Positions 25,656-37,403 of a stretch of DNA of 40,176 bases are shown here, piece by piece. The stretch's first letter is position 1, and the number at the start of each line of letters is the position of its first letter. Source of the DNA: Octopus bimaculoides. Its lineage: Eukaryota. Made by a program: the position numbers and the translations under genes. The notes under the pieces are model-generated. The model ran no database searches. It was not told the origin of the DNA and saw only the letters and a list, made by a program, of their open reading frames with translations. The stretch lies in assembly GCF_001194135.2 (NCBI RefSeq), contig NC_068983.1:127939218-127979393 (forward strand). The letters run 5' to 3'.

Positions 25656-25800
25656 GAGGGGGGAGAATCTAAATAGACAGATACATAAATGCAAACATAT
25701 ATATTCATATTATGCATGTATGTATACATACATATATGTATCTGTGTGTGTGTGTGTGTGTAGATAGATAGATAGGTAGATAGATAGATAGATAGATAGA
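25585..25800. repeat. (CT)n,(AT)n,(GT)n,(TAGA)n microsatellite cluster
   Basis: Direct reading of the sequence. Confidence 0.93.
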
Positions 25801-26052
25801 CAGACACAGAGAGCGACACAGAGAGAGTGACTGTCACTGCTGCTATTACCAATTTTCTATTTAACCCCATTCATGTAATAAGTCAAGTGAGAAGGCGCAA
25901 GCTTCAAATTATCCGGCTCCTCATGGTATGGTATTCTATTGTTCCAATACGTTTTAATATATGGAAATAATTAGATCTTTTGCTTTAGGGAAAAAAAAAA
26001 TCTCCAATTGTAACTTTCATAATATACCCTTTCATATCCTCAGTGCTCTTAC

Positions 26053-26151
26053 ATATGTCTCTTCTGTTGAAATTTATTGTTCTGTCTGTCGTGGTCAACT
26101 TTTTCTTCTTGAAAATTACAATGGTCGTCTATTAGCCACCATCTGTGCAAC
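26053..26151 (-). CDS. Candidate exon (99 nt, phase 2-2) LHRWWLIDDHCNFQEEKVDHDRQNNKFQQKRH
   Basis: Acceptor aacattttctgctcag, donor gtaaga, single open frame and length divisible by 3. No homology recognised. Confidence 0.2.
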
Positions 26152-27159
26152 CTGAGCAGAAAATGTTAATGACCGTAGTAAAATGTTGTTTTGCCACACA
26201 CGACAAAAGCAAATAAAATATTAAGGCAAACTCATGAACGAAGATAGAAAGGTAAAATTATAGCATTATTATCTGAAGAATAATGAAAGAGGCTGGAAAT
26301 ACAAACATTTTCTTACAAAAGAGAATTGGAATATCTCGGAGAAAAAGTAACATGAAATTAAGTCAAAGACTATACGTCATTTGATCCACGGTTACAGTTA
26401 CAGAAAATATAAGTTTGAGGTTACGTTATGAGAGAAAAGTTTATCTTACTACGGAAGTGACACTACAATTTTGAGTCATTCGTTTTATTTCACCAACTTG
26501 CTGTCTGTATACAGCATGGCAAATAATTGTATCTTCCATTATTTTCAGCAAACTTTGATAGGTATCTACTTTTACAGTGTAGCATACCTATCGAATGAAA
26601 ATAGGAAAATAGGAATGTTATGAGCAGAAGCCACTGAAATTACAATTAAGACTTTCATATAAGTATGTAACTTACCACGTTGAAAATATAGAGCTGTAAA
26701 TATATAACTCGTTAAATGGGTAGGCTATTGACGTTGTTCGGTTGGAAGTCAACTCAAAGAAATAAACTATGTTACATACGTTATACCCCTAGCAATTCCG
26801 TCGTTTTTGTAGATCCCGGAATCTTTCGAGACAGTAAGTTATTGCTTGACAGACATTTCGTTGCTGTGTTGTTTGTACATCTAACAACTGCTACAAGGCA
26901 CTTCATTAACTTACGAGTGTTATTACAGCAATTTGTATTTTGTTATGTCTTTTGCAATCTGTCTCTGAATAAAATACTACATTATAAAAGAATCTCCGCA
27001 ACGTTCAGAGACATGTCACATAGAAACTGCATGACGAGAAATTTTCCGGTCTTACCCGTATGCTATTATAGCTTCCAGGATTTAAAAAAAATATTTTTTC
27101 TTAGTCAGATGAATATTAAAGGATGTACAATTCCCTCACGTCTTGAAAAGCAACGTTAA

Positions 27160-27279
27160 TGCACACACACACACACACCCACACACACACACTAACACAC
27201 ACACACACACACACAAACACACGTTCTGTCTGTCTATCACTCTCTCTCTCTCTCTGTCTTTCGGTGACCATCTCTCTCT

Positions 27280-27331
<52 letters not shown>

Positions 27332-27460
27332 TAAGTTTAAGGTTGGACAGCGACAGAAGTATATAAAATACAAGCTTCTTTGGAATTTTACTGCCATCAC
27401 TACTGCTGCTACGACAACAAGTAGTAGTAGTAGTAATAGAAGCAGCAGCAGTAGTCAAGA
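27160..27460. repeat. (CA)n/(CT)n tracts and (AGT/AGC)n trinucleotide repeat
   Basis: Direct reading of the sequence. Confidence 0.95.
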
Positions 27461-28704
27461 TGAGCATAAATAATTGGCTGGGAAGTGAAAAGAATTTCAT
27501 TTGAAAGAATAGGCAGCTGCAAGTGTTTTTGTTGTCACTAACGTGTATTAATTAAGATGGTTTCAAAGAATGCCGAACACACGACTCTACTTGCTTTCTT
27601 CTGCAGAGAACACGAAATACATTAAGTTAATTATTTTAATGTCACTTGATGGTTTAGTTGATAAAACATTCCAATACAAATACTACAGAAATATGCCGGT
27701 CACATTTTGGAACAAATTCTACGATCAATAAATTATCATTATTATTATTATTATTATTATAGGAATACTAAAATGGGCCGGAAATCTATTACAAATGCAA
27801 TGGAAAATATGATCAATGATTATAAAGGAAATAACATTAAAGATGTGATTTTGAAACTCTTTAAAGATGCTTTTGTTGGTTTAATTCTGTGGAATTAGCA
27901 GTTCAAACATTTTATGTTGTTTCACTGAGTCTGTACGTGGATATATTGGAGAGTAATTAGATTGATGAAGTCGTGGTAAAGTGAGAAAATTATATCAGGA
28001 TGCATCTCTGATAGATAAAACGATGACGCAGCATTAGCGTGATCACTTAACCTAATGGAAATGGCAGCCAAATATCACTCTTATCACGGTAAATCGAGGG
28101 ATACATTTAATGCGTGTGTGTGTGTGTATGTGTGTGTGTGTGCGTGTGGGTGTGTGTGCGTGTGTATGATTGAATACACTTACCTTAAACTTTACATTCA
28201 CTCTCTTCAAAATAAATCAATTCAGTACCATATTAATTCTATGAATAATTTTAAAATATATTCTGTTGTGTCTGGATAGAGTCATATTGTCTTAATGCCT
28301 TATCTAACAAGTTTACCGATTAAATTTCCACTCATTTAGTATTGATATTTTTTTTTCCCCAAAATATTTTCTTCCATTCCTTCTGAATGGATGGTATTCT
28401 AACATCCATTGACAAGTTTGCAAAAAGCAACGAAATGTTAGGAAGAAAAATACAAGGAATAAATGAGTGGAAGTGGAAGCGGTGAGTTTGTTAGATAAGG
28501 AATTAAGACGATATGACTATCTCCAGACACAACATAATTTGCTTCAACACACGAATCCACATAAAGAATGTTGCAAACCAGATACAAAAACGAAATATAA
28601 AATAAATACCAGCGATAAACTGAATACTCTAGAACCAGTTATACAGGTTCTCAAAAGCTTCTGGTCTAAGAATTATTATTATACATAACGATTGATAGGA
28701 TCAG

Positions 28705-28800
28705 AAGAGCGCCAGGCGAACGAGGTTTATTTCGTTATTTAATTACACCACTTTACATTTGAGTTCAAATGCAATCAAGTTCAGCTACGACTTTCATCAG
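28705..28800 (+). mobile_element. Decayed SINE head fragment, same family as 37211-37403
   Basis: ttgagttcaaat..agttcagctacgactttcatc resembles the B-box and core of the minus-strand SINE at 37.3 kb (ctggattcaaatttcgctgaggtcgaatttgtctttcatcc). Confidence 0.35.
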
Positions 28801-30569
28801 TCAATGAACGTGGAAATAAGTAGTCTTCATGCAATGGCATTAACTAGCCGCGCTCCTCCTCATATAATATGCTCCACTGCTTATTACACTGAATGTTTTA
28901 ATTAATGTGCTCTGTTAGTTTCAGAAGTCACCGCTCGGGAATCACGAAATCTTCAAACTAAATCCTTGGTAGGAATTAGTTTCATCTCTTTATATTTTAT
29001 GTTCAAATTTGACCATGCTCACTTTTGTTTTCCTTGTTCGATAAAATACAATAATCAATATAGTCTACAGTTCCACGATGGGAACATTCGAGAGTCGTGT
29101 ATATGATAAATTTCTCATTTGGTCTGGTTGATTCCGCAAAAAAGATTGCGAATGTGCTAACGTGTAACATGTTATTTAGGCATTGGGGTGGCAAAAGTAT
29201 GGACGGTCTTTATAGGTAGCTGGTAACAATAGTTTATATTCCTTTACTAACTGAAATTTTTATTCAAAGGTCTTTTTAAATTGAGACCGAGAAGTTCTAC
29301 GGATATACTGAGACCTGCAGGTTAGTCGTATCACTCAAAACTGATATTACAGTTTATGACAAATTTGTAAAAATTTCTAAAAGTATGTTATATAACAATA
29401 TATTAGATACTAATATGTGATGTAAAAATATATAATTTGTAAAAGTATATTTTGCAAAATATATATAAAAAAAAAATTACGTGTGGTAGGTATATAGGTA
29501 ATTATAATTGGTTACATTTAATAGCTTACATTGAGTCTAGAATGAAAATAAATTCATAAGAATTGGAAAATATTTAATAAAGAGCACTCAATAATAGACA
29601 ATATACTAAATTGAAATTATTCTACTTCTAACTAAATATCTCACTTAACGCGAATAGAATTGTATATAGCTTTTAGGAAAGGTATATACAATCACAAACG
29701 ATAGCAAGCCGATAAGGTAAGGGTTAACGTTTCCTAAATTATCATATTAGGTATGAAATGAGTGATGTAATCATTAACGTTATTGGCCTACGAACACTGA
29801 GAGTAAAGGCTTCGATTATGATATTTATTGATTTGGCCCGAGTTGAAAGCAGTATTAATGGCAGCACTCAGGTATTTCATGATGACTAACTTACAAAGTT
29901 CAGACGTTCATTATCAAAGACAGGATCACGCTGCTGATTTTAGTGAGTGAATTTATGTTATAAACAATAAATTTTGGCATCAAAGTGTTCTAATTTACAG
30001 AGAGAGACCAATGTTGTCTTTGAACATTACAATTCAGATACAACGAATCGGGATTGATATAATCAAGTAAGGATAATCCTTGAATATTAATTGATATATC
30101 TAGTTTACTAAAATGTCATGGTTTGTCATGGTTACATTTAATAAAACACGGTTTACCAGGAAACAAACGATCAATAACATAACTAGTGAACCGAATGCTC
30201 TCTGACATAATAGGAATAAGACTTTTGTCTTCTGAGTATTACGTCATTTCAGTGTCTTACAAATGGCAAAATATAAAACAAGTACAATTGAGTTAGGAGA
30301 CCACATGTATGCAACAGGAGACTGAGGCTTGAAATAGTTTAATAATAAACTATGGTAGAGATTATTTACAATAATTTGTTAGTTTATAACTGAAATATTT
30401 GCTCTACATTGCAAACTTCGATTTCATGAATAATTATTTCCATTAGAAAACCTCATTTAAATTGTTGAAAGATGTCGATTTTTTTCCATCTACTCATTCT
30501 GTATGGAAAATATTCAACGCTATATGTCACCGCTAATTTTACGTTTTATAAAGTACTTATAATTATAGA

Positions 30570-30571
30570 AT

Positions 30572-30627
<56 letters not shown>
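30570..30627. repeat. (AT)n(AG)n microsatellite at the 5' truncation point of a Penelope-like element
   Basis: Direct reading of the sequence. Confidence 0.97.
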
Positions 30628-30629
<2 letters not shown>

Positions 30630-32029
30630 ATATAGAGAGACATAAGGAATTCCAAGCACTTATAGATGGATTTGACGTAAACATTCAATTCACGATGGAA
30701 TATAACCACTAACAACTTCCTTCCTCGACATCCTTATTAAGAAATATAACATCGTAATAGAAACAGATATATACTATAAACCCACGGACTCAAAGCAATA
30801 TCTACCGTTCAACTCATGCCACTCCAGACACACCAGAATGAACATCCCATTCAACCTAACAAAAATATGTACTATAGTTTCTAATGCAACCACCAGGGAC
30901 ACTCGACTACTTGAACTAAAGAATACTCTCACAACCAGGAACTACCCATCTACACTAATTGACACATGCTTTCAACAAGCCCTTCAACTCTGCGTACATG
31001 AACTCAGACATCGCAAATTAAAGAAGGCCTTACAACCAAAAGCCCTACCATACATTTTCACATACAACCCTCTTAACAACGAAGCCTACGACACCATACT
31101 TCAAAACTTTCCGCTGCGAAAAAAGGACCACAGAATGAACTTAATCCTCCAAACACACACCATTATAAAAAGCAAGAGACAGCCGAAATCTATGAAAAGT
31201 CTCCTTACACAAGCTCGAATACACTCATCAAACACACTGAAGCCGTCAGTAAAAAAATGCGGTAGACCCAACTGCGGAATATGCATCAATCTAATTGAGG
31301 TATCAGTGTTCTCCTTCAAGCAGGGACATAATTTCAAAGTGAAAAGCAACTTCACATGTACTTCGGAGAACCTGATATACGCATTGACATGCTCTGGGTG
31401 TCAAGAGCAGTACATAGGCCAAACGAAAAACAGCCTGCGTCAACGGATGGCTCTGAACACATCCCAAATAAAAATTCCCCAAAACAGAAAAATAGCAGTC
31501 AGCCAAAAACATCGATATTTCCGCCAATAATAAAAATTCTAGAATAAGTACAGACCCCTTCTGAACGCATCTACAACGAATGACATATCTACCACGACCT
31601 TAGAATAAAACACACACACACAAATATTAGAAATGATAAACTCCAAATAGATACGCAAGGAATTTATAAAAGAACTAAAAAACGACCCAATCACTACTCA
31701 CTCGACTAGTTACTATCACTCTTTCCTGCATCTTATTACTTCTCTCCTGCTCCCCATCCCTCATCTTCTCCGTCATTTTATTCCTTTCCACCACCTCCTC
31801 CCTTACTACTACTGTCTAGAATAACATCCACGCAAACATAATAAACAATACAGTTCACTACGTCCATCAACAGGTCAATGTCAGGACACCCAAACAACTA
31901 ACACTACTAATATCATAGCAGTCCTTCTTTGAACCCACAAGAGTTAACAAGTGAGACAGAGACAGGCAGAAGCAAGAAAAATGCCGCTGTTACTTGAATA
32001 CTATACAAATATGTCTTTAGAAAGACTTT
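30630..32029 (+). mobile_element. 5'-truncated Penelope-like retroelement (RT C-terminus, Cys linker, GIY-YIG endonuclease, 3' UTR)
   Basis: Reads IQFTMEY..FLDILI..TDIYYKPTDSKQYLPFNSCHSRH..NIPFNL..RNYP, then CGRPNCGIC, NFTCTSENLIYALTCSGCQEQYIGQT. A pyrimidine-rich 3' region follows at about 31715-31810. The 3' boundary runs into the gap. Confidence 0.92.
30838..31530 (+). pseudogene. Penelope-like ORF remnant: RT thumb plus GIY-YIG nuclease (230 aa open stretch)
   Basis: ORF track 30838..31530. The upstream part has a stop and a frameshift, and the C-terminus appears frameshifted after KIAVS. Confidence 0.85.
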
Positions 32030-34260
32030 NNNNNNNNNNNNNNNNNNNNNNNNNNNNNNNNNNNNNNNNNNNNNNNNNNNNNNNNNNNNNNNNNNNNNNN
32101 NNNNNNNNNNNNNNNNNNNNNNNNNNNNNNNNNNNNNNNNNNNNNNNNNNNNNNNNNNNNNNNNNNNNNNNNNNNNNNNNNNNNNNNNNNNNNNNNNNNN
32201 NNNNNNNNNNNNNNNNNNNNNNNNNNNNNNNNNNNNNNNNNNNNNNNNNNNNNNNNNNNNNNNNNNNNNNNNNNNNNNNNNNNNNNNNNNNNNNNNNNNN
32301 NNNNNNNNNNNNNNNNNNNNNNNNNNNNNNNNNNNNNNNNNNNNNNNNNNNNNNNNNNNNNNNNNNNNNNNNNNNNNNNNNNNNNNNNNNNNNNNNNNNN
32401 NNNNNNNNNNNNNNNNNNNNNNNNNNNNNNNNNNNNNNNNNNNNNNNNNNNNNNNNNNNNNNNNNNNNNNNNNNNNNNNNNNNNNNNNNNNNNNNNNNNN
32501 NNNNNNNNNNNNNNNNNNNNNNNNNNNNNNNNNNNNNNNNNNNNNNNNNNNNNNNNNNNNNNNNNNNNNNNNNNNNNNNNNNNNNNNNNNNNNNNNNNNN
32601 NNNNNNNNNNNNNNNNNNNNNNNNNNNNNNNNNNNNNNNNNNNNNNNNNNNNNNNNNNNNNNNNNNNNNNNNNNNNNNNNNNNNNNNNNNNNNNNNNNNN
32701 NNNNNNNNNNNNNNNNNNNNNNNNNNNNNNNNNNNNNNNNNNNNNNNNNNNNNNNNNNNNNNTATACATATGTATGTATATCCATGTATACATATGTATG
32801 TACGTGTATGTTTATGTATATATATATGTATATATTCATGCGTATGTACGTGTATATGTTTGTGCATACATGTGTGTATGTGTATTCGTGTTTATGTTTG
32901 TATATACATATATTTACATATATATTTCCATTTGCATGTATTTCCATTTCAATAGTTTGAAATGTTTTGTGGAACATTTTGTTAATTTATCTTTTGAAGT
33001 TACGATGATTGCCGAAAGCAAAGAAATTGTGAGTCTCAGGTTTTAAATTTCCACTTGTGGAAGGATTTCTAATCAAATGTAATTCCTCATTAGTTATCCA
33101 TGTTTTGCTGAGAGAAATCGAATTTTCCATCCACTGCGTATGAATGATATAGCAGTGTATATTGTTTTCAAAATTGGGTAAACTATTATATTTTCATAAA
33201 AACGCTAGTTCAGGAAATATAATTCTTTGAGTGCAATACAGATCAAATTTGTTTAATTACTATTTGAGTCAAACATTCGTAATTGTTATAGAATGCAATC
33301 TTTGTGGCAATGTATGGAGTAACTTGTCGTATACGAACTATATGTACTTTTCTACGGGAACCTAAATTTGATTGTATATCGGTGGGTCATTAAGTCAATA
33401 AAAAATTACGCTCACTACTTCAATTTCACTGCTTTGTTATTCTTTAATGAGTTAGCTATTAGCCCAACAAATTAATCCATTCTTTCATTAACAATTTGGT
33501 GACGCAATTTATAAATTTAGCAGTGTACATATATGCATCTAAATACGTGTAGATGTATAACAGAGTGCAAAATGAAAATGTGCGTGTGGTTCTTATACAG
33601 ATTATGACCCTCACGCGATACAACAAAATTTGTTTCAATACACGAGCTCAAAATAATTTTCGAACACCCTACCCTACAAAAAAAAAAAAAAAAACATACA
33701 AAAAAATCATATGATATATATATATATTTCAAAATGTAATATTTATGAAATTATGTATGTATGTAAGTATAAATAAATCTAAGCACTTTTATATTTTACA
33801 CACACATACTCATGTTGAAATACACACAGGTATGTATGTATGCAACAAACATTACAATGTAATAGAATAAGAGTGTATGAGATTGGTGTGGATGTAGGCT
33901 TGAGTTCTGCGTTAATATTATCTTTTCAACTCAATGGCTTCAGTATATGCTTCAGGTGATGCAATGAATGTTTTCAGAAGTAGATTTCCAAGTGCTCGTA
34001 TTGTGTGAGAGTAAAAAAGCAAAACAGCATGTGTCCCGGGAATTTTATAATTATTCGTATTCATTTCATTACGTTCATAATTCAAATTTCAATTCACGCT
34101 CATGCACACATGATTGAGGCAACGGAATATGATTGTCTCTTTGTTATCTAAGCTTGTTCTATATGTATATAACCTATTCAAATATTCATCAAAGTATACG
34201 ACGGAATTCATTTTAGAAATTCATATGTTTATTATACGTGTATCATACATACCTTTATAC

Positions 34261-34315
<55 letters not shown>

Positions 34316-34386
34316 CATTTGTGTATACAAATATATTTGTGTGTNNNNNNNNNNTGTGTGTATACATTTGTGTATACAAATATATT

Positions 34387-34419
<33 letters not shown>

Positions 34420-34974
34420 ATGCATATCTTTATAATATTCACACACATATTTATATATATACAGTGTATGTACGCTGCCTATTATCATTTGTTTGAATGT
34501 ATATATTTGTGCATGTGTGTTGCAGTGTGTGAAATCTTATGAAACAACGTTTTATTGAAGTGCGATCAATAAGTTCTGATTTTGTTTATATTTCCTATAT
34601 GCATTTGATATCAAATATCCTTTTAAGTCAGCTCACACCGAGCATCTAAGGCGTCACTCCATGAATACTTTGTGTCATGTATTGTTTGTTTTGTTTTATT
34701 TTCGTCATTGCTATTCAGTTTAGTGTTATTTAGGACTTTACCCGTTTCGTTGAACCCACTCCATTTGACATATAGCTCGCAGGAAAGATTTCGCTATGAG
34801 CCAGCAATTACACTTGGAGAGAAACATATTTTCTGGAAACTATATTTCTATTATGAACATATTTCCCTAAAATGTCGTTTCACTATTTATAATGAAAATC
34901 ATAACATCACTACTATCCTGCAATTACTGCATGGAGACCAACACTAACACCACAATCACGAGTTGCAGCAGCAG

Positions 34975-35068
34975 TACCCTCAAGTAGTAGTAGCAGCAGC
35001 AAGAGTAGCAGCAGCAAGAGTAGCAGCAGCAAGAGCAGCAGCAGTAGTAGTAGCAGTTGCAGTAGTAG
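34975..35068. repeat. (AGC/AGT)n repeat with about three copies of a 15-mer agcagcagcaagagt
   Basis: Direct reading of the sequence. Confidence 0.93.
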
Positions 35069-35639
35069 AATTTCAAAAACCTAAAACAGAAACAAAATGA
35101 CATTGCCAATAAACGTAAAAATCTTTTGAATCACCGTGTCTACAAATTCATCAGTATTGAAACAATTTTCTCATTCAATGTCTCACTCATCAAGAGGTGT
35201 AAACAAACATAGTTCTTCTTTGATGAATAATCACATAGGATTCATATAAACCGCCCACCGGAGACGAGTTTGCTGAAAAGAAATGAAAACATTTATCCAC
35301 CAAACCAGTTGAAACTGAAAAATATATACATCTGGCTTGCGCAAAACATCAGGTTCCTATTAGTATAACATATTGTAAAACAAAATTTATACTTCACAAA
35401 AATGTTATTAGTATGATTATGTATATCATCGTATTTCTATAAGTACATATCAAATGTCATACATTTCAATCTTTTGTGTGTAGTTTGAAGGAATATAGCT
35501 TGTCTTTCTAGCCTATTGTGTGTTAAATAGGGCAAAAGCACTACACAGAAATTGAAATACTCAAGATTGTTTATCGATTAACTTGTTTGAGCCAAAGAAC
35601 TGCTTTTCGCCGACACAAGAAGGGTTGCAAAGCATATCC

Positions 35640-35836
35640 ACCAGGAAACTCATGGTGATCCATATTATCAACAAAAAAGCCATCTTCGAAATCAAATATT
35701 ATAATCCTGCGTTACCGAGGACCAACTTGAAGAATATCCAACAGTTTACTTGACCAAGCTCACAGACAAAAATGACGCAGAAAGAGGAAAAAACTTATTG
35801 TTCAATCCACCTTTTAGCATGAATGTTGCTAGTAAC
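35640..35836 (+). mobile_element. Penelope-like RT C-terminal fragment
   Basis: DPYYQQ.. and ERGKNLLFNPPFSMNVASN match the PLE motif RKRNIIWFNPPFS.NV.TN. Confidence 0.6.
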
Positions 35837-35840
35837 ACAG

Positions 35841-36030
35841 TAATTCATGGAGGTTTTGAGGGAGTTCGAGAAGTGATTTCATCGAAAAGGCCTGATCGTT
35901 ACTACCAACACAACGTACCAATCCACAGTTTCATCATGGTAACCAACTACCTAACAGAGATGGGCCTCAAAAATATCCCCCGCCTTCTTTATTGTCCAAA
36001 CCTTGTTCCCAACGAATTTTAGTTTCTGTG
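35841..36030 (+). mobile_element. Mariner transposase catalytic-domain fragment
   Basis: MEVLREFEK*..KRPDRYYQHNVPIHSFIMVTNYLTEMGLKNIPRLLYCPNLVPNEF matches EVLREF..KRP..HQDNAPVH..VTDYLTKMGIK.VP.PPYSPDLAPCDF. Confidence 0.75.
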
Positions 36031-36642
36031 TTGTTTGAAAGAATGTCTTGTATTTTTAGCTGTTCCACGAAGTACGAAAAATCTCTCTTGTAGGTGATGG
36101 TGGTGCACTTTTAGGTAGCAGGGATTGAAATGTGTGTGTGTGTGTATGTGTGTGTGTGTGTGCATGTGTGTGCGTGTGTGTGTGTGCGTATGCGTGCGTG
36201 TGTGTGCCTGCCTCTTTTTAGATAAACTCAAACTTTTAGACTTAACAGGCCTGCTGTGTTTGGAAAATGTTATTTTCCTATGAGAATAGCGTTATTGAAA
36301 TCATATTCATTGATTCTAAGGCTAATTATTGGCAAACTGAACAGTTATTGAGAACTGCAAATAAAAAAAAAAGAAATTGAAAGCCAAATCTTAGTTTAGG
36401 TGGAATTCATTGTCAAGAATATTGGACACCGTATCACACTTGTGAATATTGGAGGAACTGTCAATAAACTATGCACATTAATACAGCAGCAAAATTTCTG
36501 TTATGCTATGTAAAATATAATATATCAAAAACACAGCCATATTGAAATAAATACAACATATTAATAATGTACCTCTGCGTTTCTAAGAATCTATTTCTCC
36601 TCACCATAATTCTCTCTAGCTTTATCTCGTATGAAAATTATA

Positions 36643-36850
36643 TATTCTTTTATTCTATTAGTTGTTCCAGTTATTTTACTGTGGCCATGCTGGAGCACCC
36701 CCTTTAGTCGAGCAAATCGACTCCAGGACTTATTTTTTGTAACCACAGTACTTAATCTATCGTTTTCTTTTTCCGAACCGCTAAGTTACGGGTACGTATA
36801 CACACCAGCTTCAGTTGTCAAGTGATGTTGGGGTGATAAATACCCCCCCC

Positions 36851-36897
<47 letters not shown>

Positions 36898-37058
36898 CGG
36901 GTTTCTTTCAGTTTCCGTCTACCAAATCCACTCAGAATGCTTTGGTCGGCCCGAGTCTGTGGTAGAGGACACTTGCCCAATGTGCCATGCAGTGAGACTG
37001 AACCCGGAAGAATGTGGTTGGTAGGCAAGCTACTTACCACACAGCCACTCCTGCTCCT
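36643..37058 (-). mobile_element. Full-length tRNA-derived SINE with internal (AT)n
   Basis: Minus-strand head aggagcaggagTGGCTGTGTGGtaagtagc (A box) and GGTTCAGTCTC (B box, 37004-36994). Body gggcaagtgtcctctac..gaaactgaaagaaacccg, central (AT)n, 3' end ggtgctccagcatggccacagt..aataaaagaat. Matches an abundant octopus SINE as recalled. Confidence 0.9.
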
Positions 37059-37210
37059 AATATATGGCTTCTCGTTCATTGAGTATTTTTGAATGTTTCT
37101 AATATTGAATATTTTTTAAATAACTGATCTTCTATATTAAAACTTTGGAACATTTTTCATTGGTAATGCTGGTAATACCAATAGGATACAGTTTCAAATA
37201 TTGGGAGAAG

Positions 37211-37403
37211 GCCAACAATTTCAGGGGAGTAGGGTAAGTTGATTGCATCAAGCCCAGAGTTCAACAGGTACTTATTTTATTGACTCCGGAAGGATGAAAG
37301 ACAAATTCGACCTCAGCGAAATTTGAATCCAGAAAATGCGGACCAACCAAATGCCGCTAAGCATTTCGCTCGGGATGGTAAAAATTCTGCCAGTTCGCAG
37401 TGC
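37211..37403 (-). mobile_element. Second tRNA-derived SINE family copy
   Basis: Minus strand reads ctgcgaactggcagaa..gaaatgcttagcggcattt..ctggattcaaatttcgctgaggtcgaatttgtctttcatccttccggagtcaataaaataagtacc. It has a tRNA-like head and conserved core, and is flanked by direct repeats. Confidence 0.85.

Noticed and set aside
26716-27159. 147-aa plus ORF, the longest non-TE, non-gap ORF
   Set aside because: No recognisable motif, it ends in a microsatellite, and the length is compatible with chance.
34305-34395. About 39-bp sequence duplicated on both sides of the 10-N gap
   Set aside because: Typical unmerged contig overlap, not a biological repeat.
34552-34582. gaagtgcgatcaataagttc resembling a mariner TIR
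   Set aside because: No partner TIR and no adjacent transposase; the link to the 35841 fragment is unsupported.
34924-35109. Cys-rich minus ORF (YYCCCSCCCYS) or polyQ/polyS plus frames
   Set aside because: It is simply the translation of an AGC/AGT simple repeat.
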